Source: Vicugna vicugna (taxonomy: Eukaryota). From it: a stretch of DNA of 64,000 nt. Below, piece after piece: positions 52,150 to 64,000 of this stretch. Made by a program: the position numbers and the translations under genes. The notes under the pieces are model-generated. The model was given only the letters and a program-made list of their open reading frames with translations, did no database searches and was not told the origin of the DNA. How positions within the stretch are numbered: position 1 is the stretch's first letter; the number at the start of each line of letters is the position of its first letter. The stretch lies in the NCBI GenBank assembly GCA_013265495.1, contig MU057744.1, positions 2,679,370 through 2,743,369 on the forward strand, in the 5' to 3' direction.

Positions 52150-54275
52150 GTTGGGTTCCTTCTGGATATATGCCCAGGAGCGGGATTCCTGGGTCATATG
52201 GTAAGTCTATTCCCAGTCTTTTGAGGAATCTCCATACTGTTTTCCACAGTGGCTGCACCAAACTGCATTCCCACCAGCAGTGTAGGAGGGTTCCCTTTTC
52301 TCCACAGCCTCTCCAGCATTTGTCATTTGTGGACTTTTGAATGATGGCCACTCTGACTGGTGTGAGGTGATACCTCATCGTACTTTTGATTTGCATTTCT
52401 CTGATAATTAGTGATATTGAACATTTTTTCATGTGCTTTTTGATCATTTGTATGTCTTCCTTGGAGAATTGCTTGTTTAGGTCTTCTGCCCATTTTTGGA
52501 TTGGGTTGTTTATTTTTTTCTTATTGAGTCGTATGAGCTGCTTATATATTTTGGAGATCAAGCCTTTGTCGGTTTCACTTGCAAAAATTTTCTCCCATTC
52601 CATAGGTTTTCTTCTTGTTTTATTTCTGGTTTCCTTTGCTCTGCAGAAGCTTGTAAGTTTCATTAGGTCCCATTTGTTTATTCTTGCTTTTATTTCTATT
52701 TCTTGGGTAGACTGCTCTAGGAGAACATTTTTAGATGTAGGTCAGGTAATGTTTTGCCTATATTTTCTTCTAGGAGGTTTATTGTATCTTGCTTATGTTT
52801 AAGTCTTTGATCCATTTTGAGTTGATTTTTGTGTATGGTGTGAGGGAGTGTAGAAGCTTCAATGATTTACATGCTGCTGTCCAGTTTTCCCAACACCATT
52901 TGCTGAAGAGACTGTCTTTATTCCATTGTATATTCTTGCCTCCTTTGTGGAAGATGAGTTGACCAAAAGTCTGTGGGTTCATTTCTCGGCTCTCTATTCT
53001 GTTCCCTTGGTCTATACGTCTGTTTTTGTACCAGTGCCATGCTGTCTTGATGACTGTAGCTCTATAGTATTGTCTGAAGTCTGGGAGAGTTATTCCTCCA
53101 GACTCTTTCTTTCTCTTCAGTAATGCTTTGGCAATTATAGGTCTTTTGTNNNNNNNNNNNNNNNNNNNNNNNNNNNNNNNNNNNNNNNNNNNNNNNNNNN
53201 NNNNNNNNNNNNNNNNNNNNNNNNNNNNNNNNNNNNNNNNNNNNNNNNNNNNNNNNNNNNNNNNNNNNNNNNNNNNNNNNNNNNNNNNNNNNNNNNNNNN
53301 NNNNNNNNNNNNNNNNNNNNNNNNNNNNNNNNNNNNNNNNNNNNNNNNNNNNNNNNNNNNNNNNNNNNNNNNNNNNNNNNNNNNNNNNNNNNNNNNNNNN
53401 NNNNNNNNNNNNNNNNNNNNNNNNNNNNNNNNNNNNNNNNNNNNNNNNNNNNNNNNNNNNNNNNNNNNNNNNNNNNNNNNNNNNNNNNNNNNNNNNNNNN
53501 NNNNNNNNNNNNNNNNNNNNNNNNNNNNNNNNNNNNNNNNNNNNNNNNNNNNNNNNNNNNNNNNNNNNNNNNNNNNNNNNNNNNNNNNNNNNNNNNNNNN
53601 NNNNNNNNNNNNNNNNNNNNNNNNNNNNNNNNNNNNNNNNNNNNNNNNNNNNNNNNNNNNNNNNNNNNNNNNNNNNNNNNNNNNNNNNNNNNNNNNNNNN
53701 NNNNNNNNNNNNNNNNNNNNNNNNNNNNNNNNNNNNNNNNNNNNNNNNNNNNNNNNNNNNNNNNNNNNNNNNNNNNNNNNNNNNNNNNNNNNNNNNNNNN
53801 NNNNNNNNNNNNNNNNNNNNNNNNNNNNNNNNNNNNNNNNNNNNNNNNNNNNNTCATAAATGGATGTTGAATTTTATCAGATGCTTTTTCTGCATCTATT
53901 GAGATGATCATGTGGTTTTTGTCCTTTCTCTTGTTGATGTGATGTATTACACTGAGTGATTTGCGTATGTTGAACCACCCTTGTGTCCCTGGGATGAACC
54001 CCACTTGGTCATGATGTATAATCTTTTTTATGTGCTGCTAGATTCTATTTGCTAATATTTTGGTGAGGATTTTTGTATCTATGTTCATCAGTAATATTGG
54101 TCTGTAATTCTCTTTTTTGGTAGTGTCTTTGCCTGGTTTTGGTATCAGGGTGATGGTGGCTTCATAGAATGAGTTTGGGAGTATTCCCTCCTTTTAAGTC
54201 TTCTGAGAGAGTTTGAGAAGGACTGGTATGAGTTCTTCTTTGTATGTTTGGTAGAATTCCCCAGTGAAGCTGTCC
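52150..54275 (-). mobile_element. Inverted 5' segment of a twin-primed L1 (ORF2), containing an N gap
   Basis: ORF2 fragments 52133-52663, 52779-52982 and 53854-54004 on the minus strand. Confidence 0.92.
53150..53853. other. Assembly gap (704 N)
   Basis: Run of N inside the L1. Confidence 1.
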
Positions 54276-54855
54276 AGAAGGAACCCTACTTCAAAATGAC
54301 ACCTGCACACTAGTGTTCATAGCAGCACTATTTACAATAGCCAAGACAGGGAAACAACCTAAATGTCCATCGACAGATGACTGGATAAAGAAGATGTGGT
54401 ATATTTATACAATGGAATACTATTCAGCCATAAAAACCGACAACATAACGCCATTTGCAGCAACGTGGATGTTCCTGGAGAATGTCATTCTAAGTGAAGT
54501 AAGCCAGAAAGAGAAAGAAAAATACCATATGAGATCACTCATATGTGGAATCTTAAAAAAAAAAATAAATACAAAACAGAAACAGACTCATAGGCATAGA
54601 ATACAAACTTGTGGTTGCCAAGGGGGCTGGGGGTGGGAAGGGACAGATTGGCATTTCAAAATTGTAGAATAGATAAACAAGATTATACTGTATAGCACAG
54701 GGAAATATATACAAGATCTTATGGTAGCTCACAGAGAAAAAAAGTGACAATGAATATATGTATGTTCATGTATAACTGAAAAATTGTGCTCTTCACTGGA
54801 ATTTGACACATTGTAAAATGATTATAACTCAATAAAAAATATTAAGGAAAAAAAA
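54273..54855 (+). mobile_element. Non-inverted 3' segment of the same L1 (ORF2 C-terminus, 3'UTR, AATAAA, A-tail)
   Basis: ORF 54313-54672 begins MFIAALFTIAKTGKQPKCPSTDDWIKKMW. A-rich tail at 54831-54855. Confidence 0.92.
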
Positions 54856-54979
54856 GACTAATTTTTAAAGTTAGCCGTCGATGCCAGAAATCCGTTCTTA
54901 CTTCAGTCCAGTTATTAAAGAATAATGTAATTTGATTTCCTTTTCAGCCTGGCATATTTCTGTCCACCTCTTCTCTAGG

Positions 54980-55198
54980 ACAGGAGTCAGCACTACAGGT
55001 GTGGTCACAGCTGGCCTGCCACCTGCTTTTGTAAATTAGATTGTACTGAAACACAGTGATGTCCATCTATTTATGTGTTGTCAGTGATGGCTGTCCGGCT
55101 AGAAAAGCAGAACTAAGTCGTTGCTCCAGATAGAATGTCTCACAGAACGTAACATAGTTATGGCCTCGACCTTTACGGAAAATGCTTGCCGACCTCTC
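54980..55198. mobile_element. MER58A-like hAT-Charlie element
   Basis: CAGGAGTCAGCACTAC...GGCCTGCCACCTGCTTTTGTAAAT...CCTTTACGGAAAATGCTTGCCGACCTCT. Confidence 0.8.
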
Positions 55199-58174
55199 CT
55201 GCGCGATATAGTACTTTACGGTCTCAACATAGATTATGGGGGGTGAATAAAGATCCCCCCTCTGGTATATCTGGATTCCCAGGCGCCCTCCAGTCCCAGA
55301 ACCTGCCACAGTCCCCGCTCAGTGTCCCGGCCTCCCAACCGCCTCCCCAGGAGATGGCAGCTGTCCCTTACGGAGAAGATGTTCCAAATGCTGCTTTGAA
55401 CTATTTTTATGTCTTTCTCCTACTCCATTGCTCTATCGTCCTCATGACACTGCAGCCTTCCCGTGCCTTCAAACATATTTTAAAAACATATTTCCCAGTA
55501 CTTCTCACCATTCTCAGTAGAAAGGTCAGTGCACATTACATAATGCGCCGTTAGTGTAAACAGAATGGTCTATATTAAAAAATACATATCTGTCTGTTCT
55601 GCTGGGATGTCAGCCCCAGGAAGTTCGGGGCTGCCTCCCTGCTCTTTCTAGCAATGTGCCTCTGGGTCTGCTGCTGAGTTTGCACTGTGTTAAGTAAATG
55701 GAATCACACCAAAATGCAGAACTCAGGCGCATCTGTGATGCAGGGCTGTTGTTGTAGAGCTTTACTTTCCAAAATTGCATTTTCTTTAATCAGTGGAAGC
55801 AAGAACAGACAAGAATTTGATAAATACTCTCCGTATTATAAAACATGAATAATCCCAAGCTGCAGCAAATGGTACTTGGCTTTATAAGAATGTAAAGCTG
55901 AATTTTATTGGTTAAACACTTGACTTTATTAAGCTACTTGTGGTTGTTAGAACCTAAGAACTTACTTTAACTTTGGAAAAGTGCCCTTTTTTTTCTTCTG
56001 GGAATAGAGATGTCGTGTAAATAACAAGTAGGCTTAACACGTCCCCTCATCTGGGAGAAGAGCCGGTGTCTGCAGAACAGAGCTTCAGCTGCAGACATGG
56101 CTCCTTTCTGGGGGCCTCTAACCATAATGCAGGAGCTTTGGAGTCGATTCCTTCCTGGAAGGCAGACAGGGTGTTATATACAGTCTTTTTAAAGACTTTG
56201 ATTTATGTGAAGTGGGCATTCATGCTGTGGTCAATCAGCCAGTCTTTACGATGTAGAAGGAATAACGTCACATGTGCCGTCACATTTTTGGGGAAGTTCT
56301 GAAGCACGTGGACTTGACTACGATGATGTGCTGACAGGAGCCCTTCAGTTACGCATGTTAAAGAGAGCATGTGGATAATCGTGCAGGCATTCACCGCAAA
56401 ACCATTGTAGTGAACGGTTTGTCTCCATGAATGATGTGATCAGTGCATCCAGTGGTGATGCGAATAAGAAAGCCTTACAAAGATAATTTAGTCTAATTGC
56501 GGCATCTTCCTTTGACTCCTTGACTTAGGAAGGCTCGGGCCATGCTCGAGGGCTGGCTTTTCAGACTGCTCCTCTCCCCTCCTCCTCTCCCCTGGTGAAG
56601 TTTCAGTGTGCATCGGAGAAGCGTCAGGCTTACAGGCCCTCACAGCAGCTGAGAAGAGGCCCGACCCAGAGTGCCCTGCACGGTGCCCTGGGTCTTCCCG
56701 GGACTGCTGTGGAGCAGGGCTGATCTACCCCCTGACCTTCTGAACATGGAGGAGCAAACGCTCTGGCTGCTTGGATCGTTCTGGTTCCATTGCTACATAT
56801 GAGATGCAGCCTCCGAGCCAGCGTCCCTGCCCTCTGCGGGCGTTCGGGTCTGCTGCGACCTAACATATGACCTCAGTGCCACCCTGCTGGGCGCCTTGCC
56901 GCTCTCCAGGTCCTCGCACCCACGTGCAGGCCGTGGGGAGCCAGGGATTCTACCTGGGGTCACTTACCTGCTTCCCTTCTGACAATACGTTCACATCACA
57001 TCTCCTGCGGTGTTATCAACGGTTCATTTACATGTTCCCTGAGCAAAAAATTTTAAGGGTCTCCTGTGGCGAAATTGTTGCTGTACGTTTGTCGACCTAA
57101 AGCAAAAGACCTAAGACATGTTGCCAAGTGTCCATAGTGTCCGCGCATCATCAAGTTTGTTTTGCTTTTGTGTTTTGCAGTTTTCTAAAATTCTGTGCAA
57201 AACTTTTTGTCCAAAGAGAAGAGAAATAAATGAAAACAAAACTGGAAAATGACTGAAATATTTTATTAGAAAACTGACAAAGGACATAGCCTGTTTGATA
57301 AATGTATAAAAATGGTAACTTCATTAGAAAATACATGAATGATAAGTAAAATTTTTAAAATGCTGTTTTTCAGCTGTCAAATAAAATGTAGCAACTGTGT
57401 TTCTGCTACGGAGGTAAGTTTTGAGATTTGAGGGAAGACACATTTTACTGGCAGTCAGAGATCGAGCAGGAAGGATTGTTTTGATTTCCTCAGTACTCAC
57501 TAGAAAACACATCCAACAGGGGTAATTTATTCCGTTGCTGGACAGATGAAAATCTGTGTTTGCAGTGGCAGGTGACCACCCCATCAGTACCATCATGTCA
57601 GTGTCACATTAGTGACACTCTCGGATGAAAAGTCTCCAAGTCTTTAAAAGTGAAACAGAAAGGAATCTTTTGGGACTAAAACAAGTAAGCTTCTTGAGGA
57701 GGAAATTGATTGGAAGGCACAGAATAGGTTTAAGTTTTAATTAACACTTCAGCTGAAATTCAGCCTGTTTCATAACACTTACGGTTTTTACTTAAACCAA
57801 TTTTCACAGTCTTTTTTTCCCTCTAGAATCAGAATTGCTGGATTAATCTAAAGATCTTTCTCATGTAATAGAGTTTTATTAACTTCTGGTTATAATTTAT
57901 AATTTACAGATCCTCTATTTAATAAAGTTTTTTTTAGACTGTGAGCACCCTAAATGGCTATTTATTAATGTACTTTTTAGATCTCTGTCAACATGACATT
58001 ACTTAAGGTCTTCTGCGTGACGAGAGTACTTGTTAAATTCGAAGCCCTGTCTAAAGAGATCTCAGAATTTCAAATATGCATCTTTTATTGGCGTTGGTCA
58101 GAGTTCTTTACAGGGTTCTTGCCGTGAACACAGTTAAGATTTGAGCAGTGATGTACAGTCTGGAACTTTCTAAT

Positions 58175-58330
58175 TCAATATCTCATTTAATCCTCACAAC
58201 AATTCACTGATGTAGAGTTGTTAGCCCAATGTCACGGATGTGGAAAGCAAGGCCCAGAAAGGGAGATGACTTATGCAAGATGGCACGGAGAGACTGAAGT
58301 TGCAGATGCTGGACGCTTAGCTCAAGTCCT
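58175..58330 (-). mobile_element. MIR relic
   Basis: ATCTCATTTAATCCTCACAACAA...GAAAGCAAGGCCCAGAAAGGGAGATGACTTATGCAAG. Confidence 0.65.
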
Positions 58331-58829
58331 CCAGCCCCGTTTCATTGTGTCATGTCCCTTAGAAAAGAACGCGGATGAGGTCCACACTGCCTCGTGTTTG
58401 GGGCTTGAGTGCAAATGCGAATGCATATGGACAGCAGCTGTACAGAGTGAGTGAGTGAGGCGGGAGGATGGGCCGTGTGAGCGAGCGGAGAGCACCTGCA
58501 TAAAGGGGGATTGTTCATCTGCTGATTTTTGTCTTGTGTATTTGCGGGCTGGGAGTTTCCACATTTCTCATGTTCAAGAGAAGCTGGAAGTTGTACTTAT
58601 GTATGAAATTTTTCTTATTTTAAACGACTGAAACAAATTCTGTTTTATTTTATGCTGCTCACACCAAGCAAAACTTAACTACAGTAACCTAACTAAAAAG
58701 CATTTCTGCAGACTGAAACTGCCCTGTTGACTGCCATTTGATGAACTCTGATCTGCAATAAATAATGATTAAATTGCTGTAACTCTGGAGTACTCAAAGT
58801 AAACTAGGATAAAAAATACTTTGTAAGTT

Positions 58830-60040
58830 CCTGTTTTTTAAATAATTTCAGACCTCAGAAAATTTGCAAGAGAGTGGAAAGAATTTCCATATATCCTTTT
58901 CCAAGATTGCCCTACTTTAAATATTTACTTGTCGTTTTATAGTGTTTTCTTTGCACACACATAATGTGTATATATTTAAACCGTTTGAGAATGGGTTGAG
59001 GACTGAGGATATAATGCCCTCCTTAACATGTAAACGCTGTGTGTTTCCTTGGAATAATGACATTCCTTTACATAACTTCAAATTCAAATTAGAAAATTAA
59101 ATGATTCACACTCCAATATCATCTATAGCTTTTATTTGATTTTACAGATTGTCCCTAGAATTTCCTTTGTAACAACCGAAAATCTCAGATCATGTCTTGC
59201 ATTGAGTCGTCATGTCTTTTTAGCTCAATTTGGAAGTTTCTCAGTCTTACCTTGTGTTCCATGACCTTGAGATTTGTGAAGACTACTGGTCAGTTAATTT
59301 TTAGAATGTCCCTCGTTTCGATCTGTCTGATGTTTTCTCATAATTTGATTGAGGTTTTACATTTTTGGAGACATAGCCTAAAAGTGAGTTTGTCCTCAGT
59401 GCACCGTATCCAGAATCCCGTGTGGTTGGCTTGTTCCATGACTGCCGACGTTGACCTGGTCACTCAGTTAATTAAGACCCTGTCTCGCAGGTCTCTCCAC
59501 TGTGCATTTACTGTTTGTCCTTCTGGAATGAATATTGCTGGAGAATGTTTGAGAACATGTAGGTTTCTGACTCATCGCCAGTTACACTAGGGTATGTGTC
59601 AAACAGTGATTTTCTGACTGCATGGCTATTACTGCATTTGTCAGCTGGCATTCCACTACAGGGAAGGACATGCCTTGCTTTGTATTAATTTGTCTATATC
59701 AGCAAGGACTCATGCATTCCTGTTTCATTCAATGGATTTTAATCAATGTGTTATAATCCTTTAATATGATAGCTTCCTTTTACACTGACATTACCCTGGA
59801 CTCGGGGGCCGGGAGCCTCTCCCGGCTGACTTGCGTGTGGCCACAGCATCTCCCGCCCTACTTGAGCGCCTCTTCTCTGTCTGTCCGGTTCGTCATGCGG
59901 TTTCCTGCCCCGGTGCTGACGCTGCTTCTCTGAGGACGCACGCTTACCTTAAGTGAATGATATTTAACAATTAATATCTGGGTGCCAACGTGTTAACTGC
60001 AACTGGATGCTGTTATTTCTAGTTCCTCGCAGTGAGCAGA
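58830..60040 (-). mobile_element. L1MC-like 3' end
   Basis: AAATAATTTCAGACCTCAGAAAATTTGCAAG...CCATGACCTTGAGATTTGTGAAGACTACTGGTCAGTTAATTTTTAGAATGTCCCTC. Confidence 0.7.
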
Positions 60041-60704
60041 TGTAGAAAGTAAGTGTTTTTAGCCACTTGGGATGCTGACGGACTGGAGAAAGCACCAGCA
60101 CACTTGCGCCCGCGGTCTTGGGCGTGTCTGGAAGAGGTCAGCGGATAAACTGACATCACGACGCTGTGCTGTAGATGTACGTTGTTATTCTGAAATATCC
60201 CTTAATGTCTCTACCCTAAAATACGTTCTATGGAATTTTCAGCGTAAGAATATTCAGTATTATCAAGATGGCTTCGAATTGTGTAGACCAGTCTAACACT
60301 GGAAGGAGCTCCAGTAATTCCGGTCTCTTCCTGTTTATGTTAAACACCTGTTCAAGCGGAGTTAAATTTCACAGCTCGCCTTTGATAGGTGCTAGCACGG
60401 CAGCCGGGCCCAAAAACCAAGATGGAGGAAGTTCCTGAAAGGTTCCCCCACTTTGTAGAATTTCACTTAAAAGGAAATTTCTTGACATGCAAAGAAAAAA
60501 AAAAAGACTTCTCTCCAGTTTGCTGTTCTTGACAAACATATTTCTTACTTTTTAATGAGAAATGCTTCAAGATGGTGAATCTTGAAGAACATATAACTCC
60601 ATGTAAATAAAAAGAACAAAGCTTCTGTCAAATCTGAGCTTACGTACTAACAGATTTCTGAGGAGTCACCTTCCTGGGAGAGACATGAGAAACCCCTGGG
60701 CTCA

Positions 60705-61110
60705 TAACGCACGGGACCAGCGCCTGCGCGTTGCCGGGGTGGGGGTGGGGGCTCCTAACCCGGCTTGGGAGCAGCGACTGGGAGGGACCGGCGCCTGCGC
60801 GTTGCCGGGGGGCGTGAGCGCGCGGAGCCACCGCCGGCCCGGGCGCGGCCACTCTCCCCACGCGGGCGCTCCCCGACTCCCGCGCGGCTGCCGGAGCTCG
60901 GTTCTTTCTTTCATCCGCTGTAATGCAAAACAGTGAAGCAAAATACAACCCAAAATAGACTTCCTCTGTTTCTGAGACACTGCTTGGATCTGACCAAGGA
61001 CCTGGGCCGAACGCTGGTTTCCGGGTCAAGTCTCCGATGAACAGTTCGTTGAACAGGGCTAGGTCTGCGCCGATTGTTCACGGGAGAGCCCGCCCTTAGA
61101 AGACGCCGCG
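60705..61110. promoter_or_regulatory. Small CpG island with two NRF1-like motifs (candidate promoter)
   Basis: GCGCCTGCGCG at 60720-60730 and 60791-60801, inside a 27-bp direct repeat. CpG-dense within AT-rich flanks. Confidence 0.55.
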
Positions 61111-62819
61111 TCCTCCCCAAATTGTTTCTGATTATGCAAAAAGGAAGATGCTGGTTTCTATATTAAAAAGTAACGTTTTAATACATAATTACTGAAGCAA
61201 ATGTAGGCACTGTGAAAAAAATTTTTCAGGAAATAGTTTTTTAAATAATTGTTTTATTTGCGCATGTTCTTTTTGTACTTATATATAAAAATTAAATGAA
61301 TTTTTCTCATTACAGTAAATTTACATTCCCTGAAATTTCTTCTCTGTAAAATATGATTGTAAGACACTTTAGTTAATAGATTTAATTTTTTTAATGAATC
61401 ACTGTCACATAATAATGTCATTATTTGAACAGCGTTTTAATACGTATCATTTGAACAATACTTCATCACACGTGATACATGTTTTCTTTGTACTGATTTA
61501 CGTGTATTACTCTGAAGGAACCGGTTCGGAAGCCTGCAGGAGGTGTGACTAAGGAAACAGCCCCAGTTCTTATCTGCCCCAGTCTTTCTTCTCGTGTCAG
61601 TTTTCTGCGTGTTGTTAAATCCTTCTGCTCTTCCTGGGGCTTCTTCCCCTGCCTCGTCTGTGCCGAGATTCTGCGTGTTTATAACCGTGACCGTGACGGA
61701 GCCACAGGTCCTCAGACTCCCTGTGTAACCGCTCAAAGTCCAGACCTGAAGTGTCAGAGCCCTTTGAAAATGGCCTTGTTCACAGTGCTCTCTAAGCCTG
61801 CAGGTCACCCACTTTTGATTCAGCGATGGCTCCTCTCACTGCCCCCATCCCACACCATCCGTTCTGTCTCTATCAGATCTGAGTCCTCGTGGACGTTACT
61901 GGTGTTAAAACCAGAGATATGTACAGTGAAGGAACTTGGGTTTTTTGTTGTTGTTCCTTTTCAGTTAGAAGAAAGCAAGGGAGCAATGAAGTAGGAAGTA
62001 GGCAACATTTACTACTTTTTTATTTTTACTGGGAAAATAAAATCTATCATCCACGGATGCATTTCAGGCAATACACCAATTGGAGATTTTTTTTCATCTA
62101 AGAAGGACTAATTGATTTTGCCTTTTGATTAGAAATCTGTTGAACTGTTAGTGCTGTGACTCCCTCACACCAGTGTTATTGATGAACTCACTGAGGTCTA
62201 AAGCATCTGAAGTGTAATTCTGATCTTTACTTCTAGTCACCACAGACCAGCATGTTGAGTTTCATTCTGTCAGTAACACATTTTGTCGCACTAATTCCTG
62301 AATCAGAACCGTGTTCTTCTTCTGCACAGCTCAGTGAGTGTTCTTGCTCAGAGTGTTGGTGTGAGTCTGATGCATTGCTTTTCCCTTTCCTTTTCTGCCT
62401 CAATTTCCGGTTTTGTTACTCGCCATCATAGCCCCTGCTGAGGTGCCGACTGTATATTGGGGATCTCTGATGCAGGCATTCACGTTAGGGCCCCAGACAC
62501 TGTGGTTCTTCATCCTGACCGCAGGTCACAGTAACCACCCACTAGCCAAGTGCACCTTATTCAAGTACCACTGTGACCAAAAGTGGAAAAGATACACCAA
62601 TCAGATTCTTTTATTGAAAAATAAAACATAGGGGAAAATAAAAAATGTTCAGTAACTGAAGAGGATGCTGATTAATTATGTATTTATCATATGTTGTAGA
62701 AATACGTAACATACACCTATATAAAAGTATTTAATCCTGAATTGTGAGAAGAAACAGCATATACTTGGTAGGCACCTACATATTACTTAAAATTTGTAGA
62801 AAATCATGATGTGTAGTTA

Positions 62820-63065
62820 AGGTACAGAGAGGTCAGCTTTGCAGTTGGATTTTAATTTTAAATATTTCAGTTAGTAGGCATGGTTTGTGGTGAAGTGACT
62901 CAGCACCTCGTGTTTCTGTCTCCGTATCCGGAATATGAGGATAATGAATGGAGGTGCTTCAAGGAGTTTTTGAAAGGCTTAAATGAGATAATGAATGCAA
63001 AGATTATAAATGTCCACACATGTGAAGCACTCAGTAAATGTTAAGTTACAGTTATTACCATTATT
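62820..63065 (+). mobile_element. MIR relic
   Basis: GTTTCTGTCTCCGTATCCGGAATATGAGGATAATG...TTAAATGAGATAATG...CACTCAGTAAATGTTA. Confidence 0.65.
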
Positions 63066-64000
63066 AGTAGCGGCTGTTGTGGAAGAACATGGAGATTTTG
63101 TGTGACTGTTTGAGAAAGAAATGTGTAACTTAAATACATGTCATGTGTCTTTATGCTGCCTGTGACTGTATTCACCTCTCACCTTCACTTCTCAGACTTA
63201 CTTCATGCTCATGTTGACTTCCTAGTGACCAGGTCAATGATTTCTCTGATCGCAGGTGTATCATATCAAGAGTTTGGATTTATAGTCATATTGGGGTCAC
63301 AGAAAAAAAATTCTATCCAGAACAGCTTGATTAATTCACACCTCTCTACTCTCATTCTGGCCTATATGGGATTTTGAGAAAAAGCAACTCACTTCCAAGC
63401 AAAAGAAAATGAGGAAGTTTAAGCCAACAGGAAAACAGAAAACCAAACCAAACCAAACCATGTCTACTCCACAGCTGTCCCTTGCCTGTCATTTAAACTG
63501 AAGCCTGTGTATTGGTGACTAGGTATTTAGAGTTTACATATTTTTATCACTTTAAGTTATTATTTCCATAACAGCCTCTAATACTGTTAAACTAATTTAA
63601 ATATTTTAGGGAGGTGGGATCGTTCAGATGAGGTTAGTTCAAACAGAGTAACAACCAAAGGCGCGAAAGGATAAGACTGAAATGCAGAGACACTCCGCAA
63701 GTCCTGATTCATTCGGTAGTTTCACTTAGCTACCACTCCTGCTCTCACCGGACGGCTTTATGAGTAAGTGATGTGTTTTATCAATAAAAGTTCTGTGTGT
63801 TTCCCCTTTTCCGCCCTGGTCAGTACATGCCATTGCATTAGACATTGTACCGACAAGAGGATACTGGGCTCACAATTTGTGAGACGTTTGACTCCCAGCG
63901 GGGAGCAAATGTTCCATATTTGTAGCATAGAACTTAGTTTTTAAGAATGATTTTTGTTGTTGTTTTCATTTAGAAGGCAGGATTCATGGAATAATTTGGT

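Noticed and set aside
53128..54004. The two longest ORFs in the track (243 and 289 aa)
   Set aside because: Artefacts of translating through the N gap.
59948..59977. 30-nt minus-strand exon candidate with AAG|gtaagc
   Set aside because: Lies inside an L1MC-like fragment and has a poor Py-tract.

Overview
Mammalian genomic DNA, most likely camelid (it carries a Vic-1-type tRNA-derived SINE and matching L1 3' tails). It is repeat-rich and mostly non-coding. I recognise no known protein-coding gene. The long ORFs in the track are L1 ORF2 fragments, N-gap artefacts or chance ORFs. The window holds many L1 fragments (mostly minus strand, one with a twin-priming 5' inversion and an assembly gap), ERV1/ERVL/MaLR solo LTRs with visible target-site duplications (TSDs), hAT and Tigger DNA-transposon remnants, MIR/L2 relics, microsatellites, a 169-bp tandem duplication and two small CpG-rich islands. 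The most interesting signal not explained by repeats is on the minus strand at about 44.7-47.9 kb. There, polypyrimidine-AG acceptors are followed only 6-29 nt later by GT(A/G)AG donors, and the strongest ones splice into one open frame (MITSAGVMAVNLASVKISELKMHLKMLSVFYGAIQCHEGCPHMTTTG). More short exon candidates lie at 33-42.5 kb and 56-57 kb, and a possible NRF1/CpG promoter with a first exon lies at about 60.7 kb. This suggests an unannotated, possibly decaying, micro-exon-rich antisense transcript. It is a hypothesis from splice motifs read by eye and needs RNA and comparative data. Repeat family names come from recalled consensus similarity, not from a database search.
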